The notes: generated from the letters alone by a model not told the origin. 64,000 nt of DNA from Gammaproteobacteria bacterium (GCA_050298595.1 JBNKUM010000076.1:64001-128000), one strand, 5' to 3'; positions 32,865 to 42,594 are shown, counted from the stretch's first letter. Made by a program: numbers and translations.

Positions 32865-33183
32865 AATAGCAACTTAAGGCCGACAGTTCTCATTGATGAT
32901 CAATGCATGAATGACTCCTTCGTGTTATCGATAATAAAAAGGGACGGAGGGATTAAATTTTTACCATTAGATCTGAAGCTCATGGGGCAGGCTCCATGAA
33001 GATCTTATTAGGTAATAAAGTCAAGGATTGTTACGTTTTTTCTGTGTTTAAAATAGAGCCACTGAACGTCTGGTATGGGGGATAGCAGTCATTTAAGGTC
33101 AGAATGTGAATGGCTCCTTTTCCTGAAAGCAGACATTCGTATTGTGCGGAGCAATAGGCAAGTATGTGCCAGGAGCTTACATA
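32865..33183. repeat. Cluster of 12-bp-arm palindromes chained by 15-bp spacers
   Basis: Units at 32865-32894, 32910 (half), 33065-33093, 33109-33137 and 33153-33183; consensus AATGtCcGCTwt-N5-7-awAGCgGaCATT. Confidence 0.65.
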
Positions 33184-33499
33184 TGAAGAGTGAGAAATAA
33201 ATAATAGTATTTCTACTTTAACCAAACAATTAAAAAGTCGCATGGCCATTTTAAAGGAATCATGGTATTTGGATGAAGATAATAAGCCGATATTTCAATA
33301 GCTTACAAAGCCTTAGTTTGTGCCAAATAAATCTAATGGTCACCAGCCCCTTTTACTGTAGTACTAAATTGTGAATCACGAACCCAAACAGGTATTCTAC
33401 ATGCCACTTTATAGTTCCCGGAAACCTCCGACTTAACGCTTCGAATGATCACTCAACAGATCGATTACCATCAAATTAACCAGGTTTAGGAGATTCGTT

Positions 33500-34009
33500 A
33501 TGGATAGATACTTTGATAAAGAGACTGCCCCTTTTTTGGTTTGGGGAAACGTAAAGGGATACAAAGCTAAAGCGAGGACAAGTAAACATCGAGTGGTAAC
33601 AGTCTGGGTACCAGATGATGGTAATGACATAAACACGCAGTACTTTTGCCACGGACATACTCTTGATACTTATCGCCTGTTTAAATATTCTGTATTTTCG
33701 GGCGAGTTTATTAAAATGGCCCTTCAGGATGAGTATAACGAAATCACAGTCAACGACCAGGTTCTTGCCCTAAATAAAATAAAGCCTGGTGATATAATTT
33801 CTTTCAGTAACAATGATAATGTCATTCTTCACACGTCACTAGTTGTTAATGTTCCCATGAATAATGGAACAGCAGCAGAAAAAGGCTATAATCGCAAAAA
33901 TGTAAGCGTTTGGACCAAGAATGGTCGGAAAGCAGCAACTGTCGAAAAACTTTTAGAGACTTGTGCCCAATATACAGAAGCACCGAAGTTGAGATATTGG
34001 CAAGCTTGA
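33500..34009 (+). CDS. Hypothetical protein, possible papain/NlpC-like Cys-His fold
   Basis: GGAG RBS; YFCHG...PGDIISF...HTSLV...WTKNG pattern; AT-rich. Confidence 0.6.
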   Translation: MDRYFDKETAPFLVWGNVKGYKAKARTSKHRVVTVWVPDDGNDINTQYFCHGHTLDTYRLFKYSVFSGEFIKMALQDEYNEITVNDQVLALNKIKPGDIISFSNNDNVILHTSLVVNVPMNNGTAAEKGYNRKNVSVWTKNGRKAATVEKLLETCAQYTEAPKLRYWQA

Positions 34010-34123
34010 GATCAGTAAGTGCCATTCGGGTCAGGTACAAATTAATGTATCAGCTCTATCTAAATGAAGGGTTTAGGGTGGTTTCACGGTTTTCAATTTG
34101 ATCTCGCATGGCCTGTTTGGACC

Positions 34124-34292
34124 CAGGCCGTGTGAAAACTCGCTTCAATTTGATGACACCAAAAAAATTCCCCACTACGGGGTAATTTTTCAGAAATATT
34201 TAGAGTTCAATTACCACAAAATATACGGAATTGATTCTATATAAGACCCCATATTCCACTTGAAAAATTGGAAAATAGTTTCACACAGTCTG
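34124..34292 (+). mobile_element. MITE copy 1 (~169 bp)
   Basis: TIRs CAGGCCGTGTGAAAACT and AGTTTCACACAGTCTG; about 89% identical (by eye) to the reverse complement of 36224-36393. Confidence 0.85.
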
Positions 34293-34777
34293 TGCCCATA
34301 GCAGTCGTTACTGATTTGGGATATTTATGTATATCATTCAGGCCCGTCCCAAAGATTACCATGCAGCTCTGGCGAGACTATGATCGTCAATTTAGTATCC
34401 ATAATACATCATCCATTTTTGTAGCCCATTACTGCATTACCGGAAGTGTAATTTAGCTTAAAAATAAATAGTTATGGTTTTCTATGAGATATGGTCGAGA
34501 TAACTATGAATATCATACGCTAAATAGCTTATATAGTTTTCTCGGCTTCTATGCTTTACTTTCTCTTTCGAACTTATTTGAAGGTTGTGGCCTCGTACAA
34601 ACTCGGGTATGAAAGTGCTATTGCTGCATGTGCACCACTTCACTTTTGTTTCAAATCAATAAGGGTTACGGTTTGAACGTAATCAAACTTGAAATGTCCG
34701 TTAAAAATTGAAAACCACGCTGGGTAATAACAAATAATGTAATTGTGCAACACATCAAAAATCATGGTTTCATGTTC

Positions 34778-34867
34778 TGCTAACCAGTAGCTCAAAACGG
34801 ACTCGCACCACCAGGGTGCCGCTCGCGTTACCAAAGACGGCGCGAGCCATTTAGCCAAGCGTTAAAC
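34778..34867 (+). other. Integron attC site
   Basis: TGCTAAC...GTTAAAC outer boxes, CTCAAA/TTTAG inner boxes, internal stems (GCTCGCG/CGCGAGC); next RBS and ATG within 20 bp. Confidence 0.75.
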
Positions 34868-34886
34868 ACATGAATTAGGAGTTTAA

Positions 34887-35588
34887 ATGAAAAGATATAT
34901 AGTATTTTTTAGCACGCTTTGTTTATTTAGCGCAGCTGTAGCAGAAAATCGTGGGATCGAGGAAACCAATTATAGTGTGTTTGGCTTGGTATCAGATGCA
35001 GACAGCGGCAGTAGTATGACATTAGCAGGCCATACTAGGGTTCCTGTCACAAATTATACAGGGGCCAGTATCACTGTAGGATATTCAGATTTTAATGGAA
35101 CAAATAATTATATTGACTCTTCAACTAATTCATTTGGTCTGGGTGTATTTGTCAGGGATTATGATTTAGGGATCATAAATCTTAGTTATATGTATTCTCG
35201 AACAGAGTGGGATTCGTCAATTTTAAATTCAGAGGATAGTAAGGATAGTATTGATTCCATATCCTTGAGTAGTACCTATTACTACAAAGAATTTGACTTA
35301 GGTTTGGGGCGCTCAAAGGCAAAAGCAGATATGGGTAGCTCATTTAATACGTCTAGCGCAAGCGTTTCATACTATGTAAATGAAAATCTCATAGTTGGAG
35401 CAACTGTTATTAAAATGGATGCAGATGATACCAATTATTTTATTTCATATCAGCCTCGCGCATTTGGCAATGTCGCAGATTTATCGGTGGCATATCAAGA
35501 TTCCTCGGTAGATGACACATTAACGATTTCACTGGCATATTATTTTGATACAAGAGTAAGTCTAAAAGACAGAGTCAGGAGATACTAA
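34887..35588 (+). CDS. Outer-membrane beta-barrel/porin-like cassette protein
   Basis: Signal peptide, alternating beta strands, LAYYF near the C-terminus; flanked by attC sites. Confidence 0.7.
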   Translation: MKRYIVFFSTLCLFSAAVAENRGIEETNYSVFGLVSDADSGSSMTLAGHTRVPVTNYTGASITVGYSDFNGTNNYIDSSTNSFGLGVFVRDYDLGIINLSYMYSRTEWDSSILNSEDSKDSIDSISLSSTYYYKEFDLGLGRSKAKADMGSSFNTSSASVSYYVNENLIVGATVIKMDADDTNYFISYQPRAFGNVADLSVAYQDSSVDDTLTISLAYYFDTRVSLKDRVRRY

Positions 35589-35592
35589 AAGT

Positions 35593-35698
35593 GCCTATCA
35601 AAACAAATTCACTAGTACAAATTTCCGCAACGTTCGTTTGTGGCGAATGCTACAAGCCCTACATTGCTCCAATTTGTCGGTGATTTGCGGCGATACGC
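35593..35698 (+). other. attC-like site with ATC/GAT core
   Basis: GCCTATC...GATACGC ends; CAAATTCAC/GTGATTTG and ACAAATT/AATTTGT stems; lies between a stop codon and the next ATG. Confidence 0.65.
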
Positions 35699-35703
35699 AA
35701 TAA

Positions 35704-36080
35704 ATGAATATAGCCCCTACTAATAAGTCAGATTTAGATGCTTGTAATAATCTTTATCTGGCATCTGATGAAGAAGTCAGCGAAAAAATTAATGAGCTTC
35801 TGGTATGGGTTCAAGACATCAACTGGCCAGTGGCAACAAGCATTTGTGAAAGGCTAAAAAGCATTGGTAGTCCACTAGTAGAGCCCCTCAGAAAAATACT
35901 ACCTGATTCTAATGAAATTTGGAAATATTGAGTTATTTCAAATCTTTTAAGTAAGGCTTGTAACGAAACGATATGCTCTTTGAAAAGTGAACTAGAGAAA
36001 ATAGCGGTTAATCCCACTGAAGGCGAAATGTCAGAAGAAGTGAAATTGTTGCAAGTGAGGTTTTAGCTAAATGTCTATAA
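35704..36080 (+). pseudogene. DUF5071-like cassette gene, disrupted
   Basis: ELLVWVQDINWPVA motif; WKY*V in-frame TGA; further frameshift near 36045. Confidence 0.7.
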
Positions 36081-36089
36081 ACGCGGATA

Positions 36090-36152
36090 ATCGGGATAGG
36101 GAGCTACTCAAGTAGCCCCCTCCCGCAGCACCGTACATACTGGTCCGTATAA
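36090..36152 (-). mobile_element. Group II (class C) intron 3' remnant (domain V part and domain VI)
   Basis: Minus strand reads TATACGGACCAGTATGTACGGTGCTGCGGGAGGGGGCTACTTGAGTAGCTCCCTATCCCGAT. Confidence 0.75.
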
Positions 36153-36223
36153 GCGCCTGACCAGTTATTAACTGTTACGTTTTTTGTGTTCAAAATGGGG
36201 CCACTGAATGTCCTCTTCGGGTC

Positions 36224-36393
36224 CAGGCTGTGTGAAAACTATTTTCCAATTTTTCAAGTGGAATATGAGGTCTTATATAGAATCAATTTCGTATAATTTT
36301 TGATAATTGACCTCTAAATATTCCTGAAAAATTACCCCGTAGTGGGAAATATTTTTGGTGTCAGCAGTTTGAAGTGGGTTTTCGCACAGCCTG
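36224..36393 (-). mobile_element. MITE copy 2 (~170 bp), inverted relative to copy 1
   Basis: TIRs CAGGCTGTGTGAAAACT and GGTTTTCGCACAGCCTG. Confidence 0.85.
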
Positions 36394-36558
36394 GGGCGAC
36401 AGCTGCCATACCAGCTAGAATAACGAATGTCCGCTATTGAAAATTTGTAAGATGAAATCAAGCTGCGCAGGGTGTGTAGTAGTTCAGACCCCACTGTTTC
36501 GTTAACCATTACAGTCGATTTATTTTTTCACGCTCCTATGCGGCGGCGTATCTCTGCG

Positions 36559-36753
36559 TTGCCTATAAGGACATAGGTAAGGAGCGTGAACAGGACGCGG
36601 AATCCTTGCCTATAGGCGCATAAAGTAAGGGGCGTGAGCAGGACGCGGCAGCTTTGTAACACCCTTGAATAACCCGCTATTCCGCGTCGTCACGCCTTGA
36701 TCTACACCACCGCAAACGCACACTTCTACTCGTCCAACTGCGGATTCCAGGTT
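36559..36753. repeat. Imperfect ~42-bp direct repeat pair, inverted partial copy and IS-end-like motif
   Basis: 36559-36600 vs 36606-36648; inverted part at 36682-36698; CAACTGCGGATTCCAGG at 36735 recurs at 56764. Confidence 0.55.
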
Positions 36754-36866
36754 GAATCACTTAGAATGATGTCCATGCCAGGGCGGATCACAAAAGCCAT
36801 CGAAAGGAAATGCTCAATACTTGAGCTACCTCTATTTGCTCTCTTTAGCGAGTAGTCATGAAGTGG

Positions 36867-38135
36867 CTATTCAAATGTTTTTTTTAATATCCGTTGATTT
36901 TTGATCAATGCTTGCCGGACTTGTTGAAAAGCTGGGTATTTGCCGTGCATTTCTTCAAATCGCTGTTCAGCACGATCAAAAGCATCAATGATACCGCCAG
37001 ATAAATCTTTGATTGCAGTGTCGAAAATTTTAAAGGATGTATCGCACTCATCAGCGAGTCTTTCCCAATGGGCTCTTTTAATATTATTGATATTCGTTTC
37101 ACCACCAATCGATAACGCCAGATCATGATTAAACACATGGCTTGGCCAGGCATGAATCGCAATGAGATCATAGAAAGGGCTTAAGCGAGTGGCATTATCC
37201 TGGCCGTATAAAAATGAAAGGTTTTTTGCGTGCGCATCCGAATTACCCACAAGATAATTAAACACCAGCCATTGGATGAGTCCTGGGATGTCTTTTAAGG
37301 GTTGAGTTGAATGCTCACGTACCAGCTGCAGGCATTCGGCAAACGTGGGACCACCTTCATGTTCGTATTTACTGCTACTAGGTCTTCCACTCGCCTGACA
37401 GAAGTCTTCCTGGTGAAGTCGGATAAGGCCATCCGTGATCAAGGCACGATCATAGCGTTTACCAAGCGTATAGGATTCTTTTTCGTGTGTGCAATAGTCA
37501 ATTTCACTGACATCGAGTTTCAGTTCAGTGGCTGTCCACATCGTGATTGTTTCATAGGCAGGGACATGATTGATATCGCGTAATCGGTATTTCAAAATGT
37601 GTGTTGATATGGCGTTATCCAGGGGAATATAGAAGTTGCCGTTTTCATATTTTACAGGTGACTTATCCTGCGCACCGGCCAGTGACAGGCGGGGGGGATT
37701 ATCACCTGCATGTACGACCACTGATGGATTGCGTTTGATCAGGAGTTCGGTAAGTTCTTTATCATTGAGTAGACAGTATTGGGGGGCGACATCCTGTGGC
37801 TCCTCGCCCAGAATGGATAATGCCCCTGCGCACTCGCCGCCAATTGCGCGGAGTAATTCAAAATCATTTTCAACACTGATTTTCTTCTCTCGGCAGATTC
37901 GTTTGCGGCTATCGGCTTCAGGTAACAGGTTGGCAAAATAGTTGTGAGCAACGCCATTTTCGGCGCCTGGCCCAAAAGCTTCCGCTCTCAATGGCAGTGT
38001 TTTTGACACGGGAAAACGAACAGAGTTTTCTAGCCATTCGTTTGAGTACTGAAAACCCATTTCATTACGTTCGTCACGCCACAAATAGCCAACATGGTGA
38101 CCATTGGTCCAAACATTGAGTTCGTCATCATACAT
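36867..38135 (-). CDS. hipA: HipA-family Ser/Thr kinase toxin
   Basis: FANLLPE N-terminal couple domain; RLSLAGAQDK, HQEDFCQA, GNSDAHAKN and LSPFYD motifs. Confidence 0.93.
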   Translation of the reverse strand: MYDDELNVWTNGHHVGYLWRDERNEMGFQYSNEWLENSVRFPVSKTLPLRAEAFGPGAENGVAHNYFANLLPEADSRKRICREKKISVENDFELLRAIGGECAGALSILGEEPQDVAPQYCLLNDKELTELLIKRNPSVVVHAGDNPPRLSLAGAQDKSPVKYENGNFYIPLDNAISTHILKYRLRDINHVPAYETITMWTATELKLDVSEIDYCTHEKESYTLGKRYDRALITDGLIRLHQEDFCQASGRPSSSKYEHEGGPTFAECLQLVREHSTQPLKDIPGLIQWLVFNYLVGNSDAHAKNLSFLYGQDNATRLSPFYDLIAIHAWPSHVFNHDLALSIGGETNINNIKRAHWERLADECDTSFKIFDTAIKDLSGGIIDAFDRAEQRFEEMHGKYPAFQQVRQALIKNQRILKKTFE

Positions 38136-38634
38136 TTAACAGATCTGCCTTACTGAGTCGGTAGTTTCTGGGGGCAATAGCTACTTCCAGGCCATAGTTC
38201 CTAAGTGCTGAAAGGGCTTTGCCAATCTGGCAATTCCTGCCCCGCTCAAAATCAGATAAAAACCGAAGGCCTAGTCCTGAGAGTTCCTTGACCGTGTCTA
38301 ATGTGGCTTTTTGGGCTTTACGGTGATGACGTGCTAGTTCGCCTATCTCTTTTATATTGGTAAATACTCCATAGGGGGGGGCGATAGTGAGCACATTCCT
38401 CGGGTAGATGTGCAGACTAAGGCCAAGCAGATTAATGTATTGTAGGGTCTTATTAAAGAAAGCAGTTTCTTTGCCGCGCTCAATCTCCGAGATAAAGCGT
38501 TCTCCCAGAGTGGCGAAACTGCTGGCATCGCTGATAGTGGAGGCTTGTTCGCGACGACGGTCTCGTAGATGGCGGCCTAGCTCTATCGTGCTCTGTATAT
38601 GCTTTGCGCTGGCTTTACTGATAGTTTGCGTCAT
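38128..38634 (-). CDS. HipB-like antitoxin with two tandem XRE HTH domains
   Basis: Internal repeat ELG..R..R.Q..T...LG.RF.S..ERG; stop overlaps the hipA start. Confidence 0.85.
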   Translation of the reverse strand: MTQTISKASAKHIQSTIELGRHLRDRRREQASTISDASSFATLGERFISEIERGKETAFFNKTLQYINLLGLSLHIYPRNVLTIAPPYGVFTNIKEIGELARHHRKAQKATLDTVKELSGLGLRFLSDFERGRNCQIGKALSALRNYGLEVAIAPRNYRLSKADLLNV

Positions 38635-38640
38635 TAATAA

Positions 38641-38802
38641 TCCCGATATGGAAAATATACGTAGGTATAGCTATTGGAGACGCATAGATTCCCGATATGG
38701 AAATTATAGTGTGGCATATAGGAAAATTGCAAATAATATTCCCGATATAGAAATTTAAAGGGTTCCACTTCTGGAGATGGAAAAATACTCCCGATATAGA
38801 AA
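38641..38802. promoter_or_regulatory. Four operator-like repeats TCCCGATATRGAAA
   Basis: Copies start at 38641, 38690, 38740 and 38789, directly upstream of the antitoxin gene. Confidence 0.8.
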
Positions 38803-38940
38803 TAATTGTATTAGTTGGCCAAGGAGGTTAGCGGGTTAAACTAGATTGAAAAAAATCTGACAGCACACAAATTTGAGTAGTCATGGACTCAAGGAGTAAG
38901 GTCTTTTATCCTCGTTATACTTAAACATTAAGGTTGAACC

Positions 38941-40848
38941 ATGAGAATATACACTTCAGTTAAGGAAGTGATCGAAATTTATAACGTCCGCCACTGGAGC
39001 CAGGGATATTTTGGCATTAATACCAGTGGCAATGTATATGTGGCACCAAATAAGGAACATCCTGACATACAGGTTAATCTGTCAGATATCGTTGTAAATA
39101 TTCAGGAGCGAGGCATTTCTCTGCCTGCATTGGTTCGTTTTCCTCAAATTTTACATCATCGCGTTAATAGCCTTTGCGAGGCGTTTAATGAAGCTATTGA
39201 AAAGTATGGTTATGAAGAGCGTTACCTGTTGGTTTATCCAATTAAAGTTAATCAACAAGGAGAAGTGGTAGATGAAATTTTAGCGAGCCAGTTTAATAAT
39301 GAAGTGAAACAACTTGGTCTGGAAGCAGGCAGCAAAGCTGAATTGCTTGCTGTGCTGGCCATGGCTCAAAAAGTCAGCTCAGTAATCGTATGTAATGGTT
39401 ATAAAGACCGTGAATACGTACGCCTGGCTTTAATCGGTGAAAAATTAGGTCATCAAGTTCATATTGTTTTAGAGAAAATGTCGGAACTCGCCTTAGTCCT
39501 GGCCGAGGCAAAAGCACTTAATGTAGAACCAAGGCTGGGTATTCGAGTACGTTTAGCATCACAGGGTAAAGGAAAGTGGCAGGCAAGCGGTGGTGAAAAA
39601 TCCAAGTTTGGATTGTCAGCGACTCAAGTTTTAAAAGTCATTGAGACGCTTAAGATGGAGAATAAATTGCACTGCCTGTTACTTGTGCATTTTCATTTGG
39701 GATCACAAATGGCGAATATCAGAGATATTCGAATAAGTGTCAGTGAAGCAGCACGAGTCTATTGCGAATTGAATAACTTAGGTGCCAAAATCTCTTGCTT
39801 AGATGTTGGTGGTGGGTTAGCGGTAGACTATGACGGAACACGCAGTCAATCCCTTAACTCCATGAATTACAGTCTGCTAGAGTATGCTAATAATATTGTT
39901 CATACGATTGGTGATATTTGCAAAAGTTACCAACAACCTATGCCAATGATTATCTCTGAATCCGGTCGCTCTTTAACAGCACATCATGCCGTACTGATTA
40001 CCAATGTGATTGGCACAGAAGGTTACGAACCTGAAACGATTGAACCACCCGTAAATGTTGAATCTACCGTTTTAAGTAACATGTGGACTTCATGGCAACA
40101 GTTGCAACAACACAATGATGACAGGGCCTTAATTGAAATTTACCATGACACTCAAAACGATTTAATTGAAATGCACAGCCAGTTTGCCATGGGGTTGATT
40201 GATCTTCAGCAACGTGCCTGGGCTGAACAGGTCAATCTACGGATTTGTGATGAATTAAATGGATTAATGGATGGCAAAAACCGATTTCATCGGCCAATCA
40301 TTGATGATTTGCAACAGAAGTTAGCGTCAAAATATTTCCTGAATTTTTCCTTGTTTCAGTCACTACCGGATGCCTGGGGCATCGGTCAGGTATTTCCTGT
40401 ATTACCACTGAATAATCTAGACTGTGGCGAAATGCAGCGCGCGGTATTGTTAGATATCACCTGTGATTCCGATGGCACTATTGACAGTTATGTGGATGGC
40501 CAGGGTATCGAAAATACCTTGCTGGTTCCAAAATGGCAGCCTGATCGAGAATGTTACATGGGGTTCTTTTTAGTGGGCGCTTATCAGGAAATATTAGGTG
40601 ATATGCATAACTTATTTGGTGATACCCATTGCGCTGTTATCGAAATTAACGATAGCGGAGACATTGATATCAAGAAAATAAATGAGGGTGACACAGTTGA
40701 AGATATGTTGAGTTACGTACATCTAGATGTTGAGCGATTTAAAGAAGCCTATGCAGAATTGGTAAATCATAAATTACCCTTAGCTGAGCGAAGTGCAGTG
40801 TATGACGAGCTCGTTGACGGTTTAAAAGGTTATACCTATTTAGAATAA
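38941..40848 (+). CDS. speA: Biosynthetic arginine decarboxylase
   Basis: YPIKVNQ, GLEAGSK, HFHLGSQ, CDSDG and GAYQEILG motifs. Confidence 0.96.
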   Translation: MRIYTSVKEVIEIYNVRHWSQGYFGINTSGNVYVAPNKEHPDIQVNLSDIVVNIQERGISLPALVRFPQILHHRVNSLCEAFNEAIEKYGYEERYLLVYPIKVNQQGEVVDEILASQFNNEVKQLGLEAGSKAELLAVLAMAQKVSSVIVCNGYKDREYVRLALIGEKLGHQVHIVLEKMSELALVLAEAKALNVEPRLGIRVRLASQGKGKWQASGGEKSKFGLSATQVLKVIETLKMENKLHCLLLVHFHLGSQMANIRDIRISVSEAARVYCELNNLGAKISCLDVGGGLAVDYDGTRSQSLNSMNYSLLEYANNIVHTIGDICKSYQQPMPMIISESGRSLTAHHAVLITNVIGTEGYEPETIEPPVNVESTVLSNMWTSWQQLQQHNDDRALIEIYHDTQNDLIEMHSQFAMGLIDLQQRAWAEQVNLRICDELNGLMDGKNRFHRPIIDDLQQKLASKYFLNFSLFQSLPDAWGIGQVFPVLPLNNLDCGEMQRAVLLDITCDSDGTIDSYVDGQGIENTLLVPKWQPDRECYMGFFLVGAYQEILGDMHNLFGDTHCAVIEINDSGDIDIKKINEGDTVEDMLSYVHLDVERFKEAYAELVNHKLPLAERSAVYDELVDGLKGYTYLE

Positions 40849-40872
40849 CTGTAATTTTTGAGCCTGGAACAA

Positions 40873-41811
40873 ATGAAAAATATATTTCGACAAGTTGATC
40901 TTTCAATTTATTCAAACGCGATGACCTATTTGCGTCGTCCTTATTCTAATCAACCAGACAGAAGTGATGCAGATGTTGTTGTGCTGGGGTTGCCTTTTGA
41001 CCTCGCAACCACAGGGCGAGCAGGAGCCAGAATGGGACCCACTGCGATCAGGCAAGCGTCTGTTCATTTAGCGTGGGAAGACAAACGTTATCCCTGGGAT
41101 TTCGCTTTAACAAAAAAATGTAACATTGTCGATGGAGGTGATTTAGTTTATACCTGCGGTGACTCCGAAGAGTTTACAGAGAATGTTGAATCTGCCGCGA
41201 CGGCTTTGTTAAAGAAGAAAAAATCAATTCTAGCATTCGGCGGCGATCATTTTGTCACATTACCCTTGTTGCGTGCCCATGCAAAAGTTTATGGCAAAAT
41301 GGCACTCATTCACTTTGATGCTCATACCGACACATATGAAAATGGCGGTCGTTATGACCATGGCACAATGTTTTACCATGCCCCTAAAGAGGGCCTGGTG
41401 GATACTGATTCTTCTGTGCAAATTGGCATCAGAACCGAATATAAAACCAGAGATCATGCTTACAAGGTTATTGATGCTGCTCAGGCAAACGAGCAAAATG
41501 TTGAAGACATCGTAGCGATAATCAAAAATTCTATTAAAGATTTACCGGTGTACCTGACGTTTGATATTGATTGCTTGGACCCTGCTTATGCGCCAGGAAC
41601 AGGAACTCCTGTGATAGGTGGAATGACAACCGATAAGGTTCTAAAAATATTACGGGCGCTCGCAGGCATCAATATAGTGGGAATGGATGTTGTTGAAGTG
41701 TCGCCCGCCTATGATCATAGCGAAGTGACAGCGCTAGCAGCAGCATCTATAGGCTTAGAATTGCTGCACCTGTGGACAGTTAAACACAAGATAGGAAAAA
41801 CCAGATCTTGA
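40873..41811 (+). CDS. speB: Agmatinase
   Basis: GGDH, DAHTD and [17 protein letters not shown] motifs. Confidence 0.95.
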   Translation: MKNIFRQVDLSIYSNAMTYLRRPYSNQPDRSDADVVVLGLPFDLATTGRAGARMGPTAIRQASVHLAWEDKRYPWDFALTKKCNIVDGGDLVYTCGDSEEFTENVESAATALLKKKKSILAFGGDHFVTLPLLRAHAKVYGKMALIHFDAHTDTYENGGRYDHGTMFYHAPKEGLVDTDSSVQIGIRTEYKTRDHAYKVIDAAQANEQNVEDIVAIIKNSIKDLPVYLTFDIDCLDPAYAPGTGTPVIGGMTTDKVLKILRALAGINIVGMDVVEVSPAYDHSEVTALAAASIGLELLHLWTVKHKIGKTRS

Positions 41812-41829
41812 TTTTTTGGCCACGTCGTT

Positions 41830-42594
41830 GTGATTAATGAATCCGTAAAAAAAGAAATTCTTAGGCGCCTTAGTGACGCTGAACGTGAGCACTCGATAAA
41901 AATAATTTAAGCCTGTGAATCTGGCAGTAGAGCATGGGGCTTCGAGTCTCCAGACTCGGACTATGATGTTAGATTTATTTATGTCCGTGAAGAAGACTGG
42001 TATTTGTCGTTTGATGTTGAATCAAAGCGGGATGTGATCGAATATCCAATTGTTGATGAAATCGATTGCAGTGGTTGGAATTTGCGAAAAGCATTGTATT
42101 TATTTACGCGTACAAATGACGCACTCCTTGAGTGGCTAAACAGTCCGATAAAATATATCGAGACGGGTGATTTCGCAAAATCAATGAGAGACCTCGCACC
42201 AAGGGCAATAAATAAAACGGCGCTATGCTATCACTATAGCCATATGGCTAGAGGCAATGCTAGAGAGTACCTGTTCCAGGATCAGGTAAAGCTTAAAAAG
42301 TATTTCTACGTACTCAGGCCTTTGCTCGCTATCAGGTATCTTGAAAAATATTCGACCCCACCGCCCGTTGAGTTTGAAAAACTCCTTAGCGAGGTCTGTC
42401 CAAGTGAGCTAATTCCAGTCATAGAGAAATTAATAGCCGCCAAGAAAAAAACACCAGAAATCGGTTATGGAGAAAAAATCCAGCAAATAAATGATTTTGT
42501 GGCGTCGGAGTTTGACAGGCATGGTACGGACTTTACGGGCCAGGGAAGGCCTGACATATTGGAAAGCACTGCCATAAGGTCAATGTTTAATTAT
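41830..42594 (+). pseudogene. YcgL-type nucleotidyltransferase with an in-frame TAA and no own stop
   Basis: [24 protein letters not shown] (TAA at 41908-41910); LKKYFYVLRP; runs in frame into the next gene. Confidence 0.8.

Noticed and set aside
33065-33183. CRISPR interpretation of the palindrome mini-array
   Set aside because: The repeats are too divergent and the 15-bp spacers too short; kept as a separate repeat finding.
38641-38802. CRISPR array (regular repeat plus ~35-bp unique spacers)
   Set aside because: The repeat is only 14-15 bp, no cas genes are present, and the position upstream of an HTH antitoxin fits operators better.
2825-41910. Stop-codon reassignment or readthrough explaining in-frame TAG/TGA/TAA
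   Set aside because: All three stop types are involved, intact genes end normally with each of them, and most affected genes also carry frameshifts or deletions.
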